Shown piece after piece: positions 50,101 to 61,900 of a stretch of 64,000 bases of DNA; position 1 is the first letter of the stretch; each line of letters starts with the position of its first letter. The stretch covers positions 295,004,000 through 295,067,999 of the forward strand of contig NC_052146.1 of the NCBI RefSeq assembly GCF_902713615.1, written 5' to 3'. A program made the translations under genes and the position numbers. The notes beneath the pieces were generated by a model. The model had not been told where the DNA came from. It ran no database searches and saw only the letters and a list, made by a program, of their open reading frames with translations. This stretch comes from Scyliorhinus canicula (Eukaryota).

Positions 50101-50760
50101 AACCTCAGCCCATACTACCTCAGTGGACGAGTCCTCATCAAACGTCCTTTCTGCCACCGTAATACTGTCCTTGACTAAAAATGCCACCCCTCCCCCTCTT
50201 TTACCACCTTCCCTGAGCTTACTGAAATATCTAAACCCCGGCATTTTCAACAACCATTGCTGTCCCTGCTCTATCCATGTCTCCGAAATGGTCACAACAT
50301 CAAAGTCCCAGGTACCAACCCATGCCGCAAGTTCACCCACCTTATTCCGGATGGTCCTGGCATTGAAGTAGATGCACTTTAAACCACCTTCCTGCCTGCC
50401 GGTACACTCCTGCAACTTTGAAACCTTACTCATGACCTCACTACTCTCAACCTCCTGTATACTGGAGCTACAATTCAGGTTCCCAATCCCCTGCTGAACT
50501 AGTTTAAACCCTCCCGAAGAGCATTAGCAAATTTCCCCCCCAGGATATTAGTACCCCTAAAGGAGGCATGGTAATGTTAAATAAGGACAGGGAACTTAGT
50601 CTACGGGTAATTGGGGATAGGGTGGGAGAAGCGTGGTTTATTGTTTGTTCTTTTGGCGGTATTTTATGCATCGATCTGCGCGGTTGTTTTAGAAATGTCA
50701 ACATGTTAAATTGTGAAAATTACAAATGCTTCCATAAAATATTTTCTGAAAAAAAAAGAA
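47128..50760 (+). mobile_element. L1 3' fragment split by a CR1 insertion
   Basis: HMFWACPKLREFWQG..LEKIKFALRG matches the L1 C-terminus at ~41340-41690; 3' UTR resumes ~50559 and ends in an A-tail at ~50748-50760. Confidence 0.85.
47543..50558 (-). mobile_element. 5'-truncated CR1 LINE (family A, second copy)
   Basis: Highly similar to 30300-33202; ORF2 broken by a few frameshifts; includes the end of ORF1 (GGTTTAAACTAG). Confidence 0.95.
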
Positions 50761-52713
50761 TCATTATTTAATTCAACAAGTGCACAAACTGTGCCTGATA
50801 GTTTTTTTTAAACCTTCATTTCCTGCACTGAGAGCTCTGCTCTTTACATGCTGCCTCGGTCTCTTAATCCCCCAGCACGACCCACGGACCCCCCGCCGCC
50901 ACCTTGCCAATTAGGGGGCAATCGGACCCCACTCACCCCAATTCATAGGGAAGGGCATCTCCAGAGGGCTGAGCAACATGGCAGCCTGGCAATGTCACCT
51001 GAGCACACTGACAGTACCAGGCTGGCACCTAGGTTACATCGGCAGTACCAGGGTGCCATGCTGCTCAAAGGCCGACTGCCATGCGATGGGAGGCCCCCCC
51101 CACCAAGTGCCGCTCCTCCTGGTACCCGTTTGGGTAGACCAGCACTAAACGCCGCCTGGCTGGGAGTCACCTCGGCCTGTCTGATGGTTTTAGCAGATTG
51201 TCAGGTCAGTGTTATTATGTCACTGCAATGGATGAATCAAGTGACATTACTGACATTGCCATTTAGACAACGGCAAAGCACCTATTTATAAAATTGTCCG
51301 TAAAACAAAAATCACACAGGAGGAAATGAGCTTTTGGAACCGCTGTTTCAATTGTCATCATTGCTGCAGGAACCAGAGGCCAGTGTGAAGGTGTGTATAA
51401 CCACAGAGAGTGCTGTTGCCATGATGGGATGTGAGAATTGGCTGATGATGATAAACCAAAAACAAAAGACAGAATCTAGCTCTGCTGGGGCATTATTCTC
51501 CAGTCTACATGAGAAGCTGAAATGCAAAGTTGTGGATATTGAGCAAGTCCCAACAACAGTGGCGACATAAAAAAATGCCTCATTGGCCATAAAGCACTTT
51601 GGAGCGGCCTGAAAGTTTCAGTATAGAAGCAAATTAATTCTTCACTTAATTCCCCATGCTGCTGGTTCGCCAAAGTTTCTGTTAAGCATGACAACCTTCG
51701 AGTACACTGGGAAATGAAAATCGCTTATTGTCACGAGTAGGCTTCAAATGAAGTTACTGTGAAAAGCCCCTAGTCGCCACATTCCGGCACCTGTTCGGGG
51801 AGGCTGGTACGGGAATTGAACCATGCTGCTGACCTGCCTTGGTCTGCTTTAAAAGCCATCGATTTAGCCCAGTGTGCTAAACCAGCGGGCTTCTAAATGT
51901 TGTGAAGAATAAGGACGTATTGGAAATCCCCAAAAGCTTTGATGGTTTGCTGTCTGTTTGGAGAAAAATGCCAATCCTGATTGCCTTGTCGGCCATTTTG
52001 GGATGTCTTACATGAGCTCAATGGAGAGGCACCCTGGGAAGGTTGGTAAGCTATCCTGACTGAGGTTTGGAGGGCGAGATTTTGAAAGTAACCTGCACTT
52101 CTTTCAGATAGCTGTAACGCCAAGAGATTGCTCCACTCCCTCAAGGTCGGCTGAGCAGCTGCTTGTGGTGAAGGATCCTCACTCGTTATTATTTGCCGAC
52201 GCGGCCAGCGGAGAGGGAATTCCAGGCAGAATTTGAGGATTTCTCTCACCTCGGGGTGAAATGCCACCCTCAGCAGTGCCCTATTTTCATGAGCAAACGT
52301 AACCACCTGAACAGAGGGCAGCTTCAAAGTGGAGTGGGTTCACTGGGATGTAAATGAGGCGCTGGAAGCAGAAACACGAGTGGAAAGACTGAAGAATCCT
52401 CAGGAGAGCCGGTAAGAAGATATCAAAATAAGATTCCAACTCTTTTATAAAGTCCTTGCAGTTGGTAAATGCACAAAGTTTGGATCCTCCCATTTTATTT
52501 ATTTTTTAAAATTTAGAGTACCCAATTAATTTTTCTCAATTAAGTGGTAACTTAGCCTGGCAGATCCACCTACCCTGCACATCTTTGGGTTGTGGGGGCG
52601 AAACCCACGCAAACATGGGGAGAATGTGCAGACTCCACACTGACAGTGACCCAGAGCCGCGATCGAACCTGGTATCTCGGCACCATGAGGCAGTAGTGCT
52701 AACCACTGTGCCA

Positions 52714-53097
52714 CTCTCCCACCCAGGCATCGCCTTCTTCCAGACCCTTCCATCAGGCAGAAGGTACAGAAGTCTGAAGACCCGCACATCCAGGCATAGG
52801 AACAGCTTCTTCCCCACAGCTACAAGACTCCTGAACTTGCCCTCGGACTGATCTGTTCCCTGTAAGAACACCATTCACGATGCCCTATGCTGCTCTTGCT
52901 CATGTATTTGCTTTGTTTGGCCCCTTGTTTCACACTGTAACCAATCACTGTTTGTCAATGTACCATTTGTCAATGTTCTCTGTTGATTATTCTTTTGTCT
53001 ACTATGTATGTACTGTGTACGTTCCCTCGGCCATAGAAAAATACTTTTCACTGTACTTCGGTACATGTGACAATAAATCAAATCAAATCAAATCAAA
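52714..53097 (+). mobile_element. Rex1/Babar-type LINE 3' fragment inserted in a SINE head
   Basis: FQTLPSGRRYRSLKTRTSRHRNSFFPTA; tail TGTGACAATAAA(TCAAA)n; splits the SINE sequence ACTGTGCCA|CCGTGCTGCC. Related fragment at ~60540-60850. Confidence 0.8.
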
Positions 53098-53156
53098 CCG
53101 TGCTGCCTTGGTTCCTCCCATTTTATGATCAAAGTTTACATCGCCGATTGAAACTT

Positions 53157-53385
53157 CTCTTTTTAAAAAAAATTTAGATTACCCAATTATTTTTTCCAAT
53201 TAAGGGGCAATTTAGCGTGGCCAATCCACCTACTCTGCACATTTTTGGGTTGTGGGGGCGAAACCCACGCAGACACGGGGAGAATGTGCAAACTCCACAC
53301 AGACAGTGACCCAGAGCCGGGATCGAACCTGGGACCTCAGCGCCGTGAGGCGGTTGTGCTAACCACTTGGCCACCGTGCTGCCCT
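53157..53385 (-). mobile_element. V-SINE, A-tailed subfamily, 14-bp TSD
   Basis: TSD GCCGATTGAAACTT at 53143-53156 and 53386-53399. Confidence 0.92.
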
Positions 53386-54918
53386 GCCGATTGAAACTTA
53401 AGGGGTGATGAGGATGTTAGGATTTTGAAAGGAATTGTTACGGTAGATAAAATGAACCTTTTTCTGTGTCTGGGAAGGCGGCATTAACTTAAAAGCAGGC
53501 CATTCAGGAGAGAACCAAGGAAACACTTCACACAAAAGGTGGTAGGCGTGTGGAACAGTATTCCTCAAAAAGCAGCAGTGCTCGCTCAATTAATAATTTG
53601 AAATCTTCGATCATTAGATATTCACTGGTCAAGGAAATAAAATGGATATCGAGTTGAGGGAGGCGAATGGAGTTAAGGCACAGATCAACCATGCTCTCAA
53701 TGGTTGGCAAAACAGGCTCAAGGGGCTGAATGGCCTTCCCCCGTTCCAACCGTATCCGCCAGCCTACATTATGCGGCAGGAATCCAACAGAAAATTTTAA
53801 ATGCTATGATGATCCCTAACTGTTCAAGCACAAGGTCACTTTTAAACATGCTGATTTGTCTTAGATTTGAGCCAAGTTATTTAGAACATAGAACAGTACA
53901 GCACAGAACAGGCCCTTCGGCCCTCAATGTTGTGCCGAGCCATGATCACCCTACTCAAACCCACGTATCCACCCTATACCCGTAACCCAACAACCCCCCC
54001 CTTAACCTTACTTTTATTAGGACACTACGGGCAATTTAGCATGGCCAATCCACCTAACCCGCACATCTTTGGACTGTGGGAGGAAACCGGAGCACCCGGA
54101 GGAAACCCACGCACACAGGGGGAGGACGTGCAGACTCCACACAGACAGTGACCCAGCCGGGAATCGAACCTGGGACCCTGGAGCTGTGAAGCATTTATGC
54201 TAACCACCATGCTACCCTGCTGCCCGAAGAGACAGATCCAGGGGGTAGTGAAGGCAGGAGGCAAGAAGATAAGGGACAGAAGCAAGCACCCAGGCTGGAG
54301 CGGAACAGAATTGGAGCACGGAATGAGATAATTCAGAATTAATTTATGACTGGAGACCCAAGAAACCCACCACATCTCACTTGCAATTGTATAAACTTTA
54401 AACCCAACAAATTGTAAGATGATTGCAACAATCTATTTCTCTTAAAAGCCTTTAATTTCAAATCATTGTATTTCTGAGCCCTTGGATAAGATTCTGCATC
54501 ATTGATTCTGGATCTGAATTCCACATTCAGCAGGGACCCAAGCCAAACAGAAGAGCGCTTCAGAAATTCAAATCCGCGAACCATTCCAATCACTGAAATG
54601 AATAGTCAGAAACTTTGTGCACCCAAACTGCCGGTACACACTTGCCACTCGAAAGTCAGAAAGTTAACTCGAGAGGTAGAAACTCCAGAGGTCACTCATT
54701 ATCTTGTCAAGTTAATGGCAAATACATCTCCTCGTGATTAAAGCACGGAGCTGCCTCAGTGTCTCTTACACATTAGACACCCAATTATGGGAAAAAAAAG
54801 ACCTGTCTTCCTTAAGCCAGCAGGCAGGGACTACAACCCAAGGTAGGAACTGAGATTCTTCGAACTTGCAAAATCTCATCCTTCTGGATACAAGCTATGT
54901 TGCTCTCAGGGCCATGAC

Positions 54919-55072
54919 CTATGAGTTTTCGCCTTGGCTGTCTTTGTTGCTTCTATCCGATTTTCTGGTTGGATCCATTTTGGTCCCTTCGAACGTGACC
55001 TTGTTTTTCACACCTTCCTGCACAATTCGCTGCTGGATTCTCAGTTTCGCATTCTGATACCTGCAGAACATC
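54919..55072 (-). CDS. COX20: COX20 exon 4, coding part
   Basis: tttttcag|G MFCRYQNAKLRIQQR...FEGT...; TAG at 54919-54921. Confidence 0.93.
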
Positions 55073-58000
55073 CTGAAAAAGGTGCACACGTGTCTGAAAG
55101 GTTTTCCTGACTCAAATCACTTCCAGCAAACACACACAATTACAGGTCCGTTGACAGATTGCCACAGCAGGCTGAAAGGCCTATTGCACTGCAGTACCTG
55201 CACTAACACAGCAGTATCTACACCAAGCTCAGTAGCTTTGTGGTTTGAAGTCACATTTTCCTTTCCTAAAGGCCATTAGTAAACCAGTTGGGCTCTTAAT
55301 AACAAAACGAGTTTCATCGTCACCATTACGGATACTAGTTTTTTATTCCATTTAAAAAAAAATTTTAGAGTACCCAATTATTTTTTCCGAATTAAGGGGC
55401 AATTTAGCATGGCCAATCCACCTATCCTGCACATCTTTTGGGTTGTGGGGGCAAAATCCACGCAGACACTAGGAGAATGTGCAAACTCCACACGGACAGT
55501 GACCCAGGGCCGGGATTCGAACCCGGGTCCTCAGCGCCATAGGCAGCAGTGCTAACCACTGTGCCGCCCTTTTATTCAAAATTTTAATCAATTAATTGAA
55601 ATTAAACTTCCCAGCCTCTGTGGCGAGATTGAAACCCTAGTTTATTAGGCCGGCCCTCTGCATTACTCGTCCAGTAACATAACCACGATATACCACTTAA
55701 CTCAACTTTACACCTTGCAGTGATGGAATAAAGATAATATTCGCAAAATCAACAGGCAACCCACTTACCATGTTCCCAAAGTTGCAAGCAGAAAGCTCCC
55801 CACACTGAAGTCAAAAGACCGCTTTACTCGGCCTGCAGGAAAGGAGAGGCAGAATTATTGTAAATATTGAAACAAAATTCAACTATGTTCACTAATATTG
55901 CAAATAAAACATGGCTTGGTGCGTGGACTTCCGAGAAGACTACTTTGGTAAAGCCAGTGAACCACTGATATTGGCTATTTAGCCCAATTGGTCAATTCCT
56001 GTGCCTATGCTAATTTAATTTTAAACAGCCATGAATGGGCAGTCGTCACTTTGCAAACGTTGAAGACGAGACTACATTCTAATCACGTTGTGTTCAGCAC
56101 TGCTCATGTTTTTCACGTGTCATCGGTCACAATGTCCCAGTCTACATGGAAATCGGTAGCGGCACGGTAGCATTGCTGCTTCACAGCGCCAGGGTCCCAG
56201 ATTCGATTTCTGACTTGGGTCACTGTGTGGTTCTGCACGTTCTCCCCCTCCGGGTGCCTCCCACAAGTCCCGAAAGACGTGCTGTTAGGTAATTTGGACA
56301 TTCTGAATTCTCCCTCCCGAACAGGCGGCGGAATGTGGCGACTAGCGGCTTTTTACTGTAACTTAATTGCAGTGTTAATGTAAGCCCACTTGTGACAATA
56401 AAGACTATTAAAAGAAATTAAAAGCCTCAGCCAGCGTAATGATGGATTTACTACAATTGGTTTCGTGATTGTCGGTCATTATTGTTGGGACAAGGAGACT
56501 GGATATGTGAAATATACACAGAAAGTTCCAGACATAGTCACTGGTGCAAGGTGGCACTAGTAAGGAATAGGTAAAGTCGCCACAGTCCCAGATGACCATG
56601 GGCTACTTTCTCCATTTAAAATTTTTTTTAGACTACTCAATTAATTTTTTCCAATTAAGGGGCAATTTAGCATGGCCAATCCACCAACCCTGCACATCTT
56701 TGGGTTGTGGGGAGAATGTGCAAACTTTGCTTTCTCCTTTTAAGAGGGGAGAACTGACTGGTGGTGGTTTTACCTGAGAATCACCACACATCAGGCGAGG
56801 GGAAAGGTTGAGAAAGTGGGGCCTTCATGAATAACAGCAGTCGATACGGGAATTGAACCCGCGCTGCTGGCTTCGCTCTGCATGACGAACCAGCTGTCCA
56901 GCCAAGTGAGCTAAACAGCACCAGTGAAGAGATGCTGTCTGGCCTACTTATTTTTGGAAAGTGGACCAGGTGAAATCAGGATCAGACTTGGCTGCACTTC
57001 CTCTTACAGTTGAATAGTCTACTAACACTGGTTTCAGGGGTGAAAGACTTCAGTTACACAGATAAATTGGCAAAGCTGGGACAGTTCTCCTTAAAGAAGG
57101 TTGAGAGGAGATTTGATAGGGGTTTATCAAAATCAGAAAGGGTCTGGGCAGAGTAAGTAAGGAGAAACCGTTCCCCTCGGTGGAAGGGTCAAGAACCAGA
57201 GGATTTAATGCGATTGGCAAAAGAGGCTGCGGTTACATGAGGGAAATGTATTGCTGGGTTACAGGGAAAGGGAAAGAGTACAGGTGTGGGATTAGCTCAA
57301 CTGCTCTTACAGAGAGAAGGCATGGTTCTCAAGGTGCAATGGCCTCCTTCTTTGCTGGAAGCATTCTATAATTAGGGACGTTTGGTGGGAACTTCATCTT
57401 GTATATGATTGCAGTATGCCTGACACTGGAAGTTACGCTTCAATTAAAAGGTTGTAAACCGTTGGAATTTTCTGCTGCAGACAGCTGTTGGATGTTCAGT
57501 AGTTGAGTATATTCAAGTCAGGAATAGATAACATTAAGGGAATCGAGGTTACTGGAGATACCGAGTGAAGGTTCAGTGGGAAGATTAGCCATGATTTCAT
57601 TGAATTGCACAGCAGGCTTGAAAGGCCAAATGCCCTATTCCTGCTTCTATTTACATACATACGAAAGAGAAGCAGGATGGGCCATTCAGCCCCTCGAGCC
57701 TGTTCCGCCATTCAATAAGATCATGGATGATCTGATTGTAGCCTCAATTCTAAATTCCACCTAATCCCGATAACCTTTGACTCCCTTGTTCGTGAAGAAT
57801 CTAGCTACCTCCGCCTTCGAAATATTAATTGATCCTGCCTCCACTCTCTCTGGAGAAGAGAGTTCCAAAGATCCAGAACCCACTGAGAGAAAATATTTCT
57901 TCTCACCTATGCCTTAAACGGGAGATCCCTTATTTTTAAACCCCTCAGTTCTTATGTTCTCAAGTAAGAAAACGGAGACTGCCCATTTTCCAAGCAGGGA

Positions 58001-61000
58001 CATCCCTCATTTTAAGCAGAGCAATCAACATTATTCAGCATTCCTTATTCATATTTCAAGTATGCTCGCACTGCCAAGTGCAAACTTTTAATGCAATCAA
58101 CTCTTACGACGGCTGATTAGAGCTCTCAAAAGATTCACTCCAATATCAAGAAGGTGCTCACTTGTGGCTAGGAAGTGGCCAAGTCCAGCGACTACTGCAC
58201 CAGCTGATCCATACAGGACAGAATCTCGGGCACATGGAGTATTCTGCACGTCCAGGATTCCCAGGAGCTTGAATGACTAAAAGACACCAAAAAATACAAT
58301 ATTCCCAAATTAAAGTGCGATTCATTTCTAATAACAATACAGACCAGAAACCCAAGGTACACAGTTCAAAAGCCGACAGTCCGATAACCATATGCTCACA
58401 CCATGAACTGGTTGGACGGGCAGTAGGGAAACACAGCACCTGTGTCAAAAACGGCCGGAGTGAATAATCTGTCAATCTGTTTTCAGTTGGTGAATAATAC
58501 GTTGTTTACAAAACGAGGAGAATTCTTGGCTCTTCTATTGAAATAGTTCCATGAAATATTGAAAGTCTATTTAAGGGCGGCCTGGTTAGCGCCGAGGACC
58601 CGGGTTCAATCCTGGCCCCCAGATCACTGTCCGTGTGGACTTTGCACATTCTCCCTGTGTGGTGGATTAGGCGTTCCTGGCACGGATGGTTGGCTCGGAG
58701 TATTCGGCGATTGTGGTCTCAGAAGACGCACCGCACTGGATGGATTAGCGAGTGGATTGGGGGGGGAATGACAGGGGGGAGGGTGAACGGGGTGAGCTCA
58801 GGATGTTTTGGGTCGCAATGTGGGACGAGGCAGGGGTGCCCACTCTCCCCATTGCTTTTTCACCTTGGTTACAGAGCCATTGGCAACGACGTTTAGAGCA
58901 TCAAGGGACTGGAGAGGGATTGTGCGGGGGCACGTTGAGCAGAGATTCGCTGTATGTGGGCAACCTGTTGGGGGGCATTGCCAGCATTTGGGGAGTTAGA
59001 ATGATTTTAGTCGGTTCTCCAGGTACAAGTTGAACATGGGGAAGAGCAAGGTGTTCCCGATTGAGACCAGAGGGCAGCAGAGGAGGTTGGGGGAGCTGCC
59101 CTTCAAGCTGGTGGACGCTAGCTTTAGATACTTGGGCATTCAGGTGACGCAGGGTTGGGTGCAGCTTTTTAAGTTCAATTAGACTTGGCTGTGGAGCAGA
59201 TGAAGGGGGATTTTAAGAGGTGGGATGTGCTGCCACTGTCGTTGTCAGGACAGGTGCAGATAGTGAAAATAACAGAGCTGCCAAGGTTCCTGTTCATATT
59301 TCAGAACCTTCCAATCTTTGTTCGGAAGTAATTCTTGAAGGAGGCTAATGCCCTGATCTCTGGGTTTTTATGAGCAGGAAAGATCCCGCAGGTCAAAGGT
59401 TTTTTTTTTGAAGCTCGGGCGTTGCCGAATGTAATGACTTATTGCTGGGCGGCAAATATTGTTATGGTGAGGAAATGGGTAGTGGGGGAAGGGTCGGATG
59501 GAGGCGGCCTCTTGCAGGGGAACGAGCTTGAGGGCATTGCTGACAGCACCTCTGTTGTGCTCTCTGACCAGGTACTCTGTGAGCCCAATGGTGGTGTCGG
59601 CCTTGAGGGTATGGAGACAGTGGAGGCAGCATTTGAGACTTGCAGGTCCGAGATTTCGTGAGGAAGGAGGTGCCTTCCTTTCCCGGGTTGCCGCCCTTGG
59701 GACTTAAAGATAGGGTGTTGTTGAGGGAGGGGGTAGGGAAGGGGAAGATGTCCGAGGTCTATAAGGAACTGATGGATTGGGAGGGGGCCCCAATGGGGGG
59801 GAACATTAAGCGGAAGTGGGAGGAGGAGCTGGGGAGTGTAGATAGAGGCCTTGACATGGGAGGAGTTCCTACGGAGGATGAACGTGTCCTCATCGTATGC
59901 GAGACTCTGTCGGTTCTTTGAGGGAGTAGAGAGCAGGTGTGGCCAGTGCGCGGGGACGCCTGTGAATCATGTCCACATGTTTTAGGCATGTCCAAAGTTG
60001 AAGGGGTTCTGGCAGGGGTTTTCCAACGTAATGGCTGAGGTGTTGGGGTGGAGGTGGCCCCGAGCCCACAGGTAGTGATATTTGGGGTGTCAGAAGACCC
60101 AAGAGTCCAGGGAGCGAGAGAGGCCGGTGTCTTGGCCTTTGCCTCCCTCATAGCCTGGAGACGGATTTTGCTTGGGTGGAGGGACCCTGAGCTACTGAAA
60201 GCGGGGGTGTAGGTGAGCAAGCTTAGAATTCCTGAGGCTGGACAAGGTCAAGTTCATCTTGAGAAGGTGGGCTGATGGGTTTGCTCGGAGGTGGAAGTTG
60301 TTCACTGACTTCTTTAAGGAGATCCGGGTGTCAGCAGAGGGGGAGGGGGGTTTAAAATGGAAAAGGCAGGATGGAAAGGGTGGGTAATGCGGGGATGGGA
60401 TAATAGAGGTTGTTTATTTATTATGTTGCATAATTTCACTTCTGCTTTAATTTGTTCTGTTTGTTTATGCAAACACCAGAATAAAATATTTTTTTTAAAA
60501 AGGGAAAGCGGGCAGCGCAATCAAAGACCCCCCCCCCCCCCCACCCGGGTTATTCTCTCTTCCAACTTCTTCCATCGGGCAGGAGATACACAAGTCTGAG
60601 AACATGCACAAACAGATTCAAAAACAGCTTCTTCCCCACTGTTACCAGACTCCTAAATGACCCTCTTATGGACTGAATTGATACTTAGTACTGCACTCCG
60701 TATGTTCAACCGTTGCCTGTGTCTATGTATTTACATTGTGTATTTATGTTTGTCCTATGTTTTTTCATGTATGGAACGATCTGTCTGGACTGTATGCAGA
60801 ACAATACTTTTCACTGCACCTCGGTACACGTGACAATGAGTCAAAAAAATCAAGTTGCTGGATACTAATCAGGTTTGGCAAACTTGGCTGCCTCGCCTCT
60901 TCCTAAGCAGTGACGCCGAGAGCAAATATTGGATCCCTTACTTGTGGTAGGTGAATAGTACAGATCAGGGATCAAACCTGGGAACCACTTAAGAAAAAAA

Positions 61001-61565
61001 GTGGGCCATTCAGCCCCTTTTGTGCCTCTGCCATAACAGCTCATCGGGTACAGCTGAACTACCAGGGAAAAATATAATAGTTTTATATACTTTCAATTTA
61101 TGCTGTCCAGTTTCCTCTTAGCCATCCCTAAAACCTTGATTCCCAAGTTGAAAACAAAGCAGATGGCCACCATAGTTGGGAGATTTAAGGTCAGAGATTG
61201 ACATGGGTTTTATTTTGCAATTATTCGAACAAAATGGAGCTGTTCATTTATCCAAAAGGGAGGGGGCCATTTGCAGAAAGAATGCTTGTGCCATTTTGAA
61301 GTGGAGTGAGCCTATTTCAACAATTCAATCTGAAATGTAAAGGGAAAGTGCTCAGCCGGGCTGGACGCTGGCTGAGCTGCTGAGTTTTTCAAGCACCATG
61401 GCCATTCTGTCTCTCTGGACAGAGTCCATTTCTCCCGACCTTGGCTTGACATTGGCTTGACCCACTGCGCATGCCCGTGACCTTTAATCCCTCCCCTCCC
61501 CCCCAACCATCCGATCGTTATGACGTGTTCACCTTCGGCTTCTCCGCGTCAGTCTCGCTCGACAT
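54919..61565 (-). CDS. COX20: Cytochrome c oxidase assembly factor COX20, spliced 4-exon CDS span (121 aa)
   Basis: Exons of 33+115+64+154 nt join in frame: MSSETDAEKPK|SFKLLGILDVQNTPCARDSVLYGSAGAVVAGLGHFLAT|SRVKRSFDFSVGSFLLATLGT|WMFCRYQNAKLRIQQRIVQEGVKNKVTFEGTKMDPTRKSDRSNKDSQGENS*; all introns GT-AG. Confidence 0.93.
55769..55832 (-). CDS. COX20: COX20 exon 3
   Basis: cctgcag acceptor; RVKRSFDFSVGSFLLATLGT; TG|gtaagt. Confidence 0.95.
58162..58276 (-). CDS. COX20: COX20 exon 2
   Basis: tcttttag|SFKLLGILDVQNTPCARDSVLYGS...GHFLAT, A|gtgagc. Confidence 0.95.
58690..60500 (+). mobile_element. Degenerate L1 ORF2 3' fragment in COX20 intron 1
   Basis: GTRQGCPLSPLLF and C-terminal region similar to 40100-41700; AATAAA plus T/A tail at ~60480-60501. 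Confidence 0.85.
61533..61565 (-). CDS. COX20: COX20 exon 1
   Basis: GCGCCATG start, MSSETDAEKPK, AAG|GTGAAC donor, phase 0 matching exon 2; lies in a CpG island. Confidence 0.8.
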
Positions 61566-61900
61566 GGCGCCTTGTGCTGCTCGGCTGCTGTGTCAAACCT
61601 CCCTCCCTGTTCGTGCTGCGGCTCCGTGTTCGGCAAAGCTTCCGTGCGGTTACCGAGCGGGCGGTGGCCTGGAGAGGGCCGGGAGCGGGCGGCGGCAGGT
61701 AGCTGTGCGCGTGCGCGAGGTTGGGGGGAGGGGAGGATCCAGGCTGCCCTGTGTTGCCGGGCCTGGGTAGGTAGCTGTGCGCGTGCGCGGAGCTGGGGAG
61801 AGGGGAGGATCCAGGCTGCCCTGTGTTGCCGGGCCCGGGTAGGTAGCTGTGCGCGTGCGCGGGGCTGGGGGAGGGGAGGATCCAGGCTGCCCTGTGCTAC
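61566..61900 (-). promoter_or_regulatory. COX20 5' UTR / CpG promoter
   Basis: CpG-rich; CGGAAG (ETS-like) near 61640; GC boxes; three GCGCACGCGCA NRF1-like sites. Confidence 0.7.
61697..61897. repeat. 72-bp tandem repeat, ~2.8 copies
   Basis: Units start at 61697, 61769 and 61841 (AGGTAGCTGTGCGCGTGCGC..GGGGAGGATCCAGGCTGCCCTGTG). Confidence 0.95.

Noticed and set aside
61440-61472. Alternative COX20 exon 1 (MRSGSSQCQAK|gtcggg)
   Set aside because: Phase-compatible, but it has a weaker donor and start context than 61533-61565, whose charged peptide better fits COX20 N-termini.
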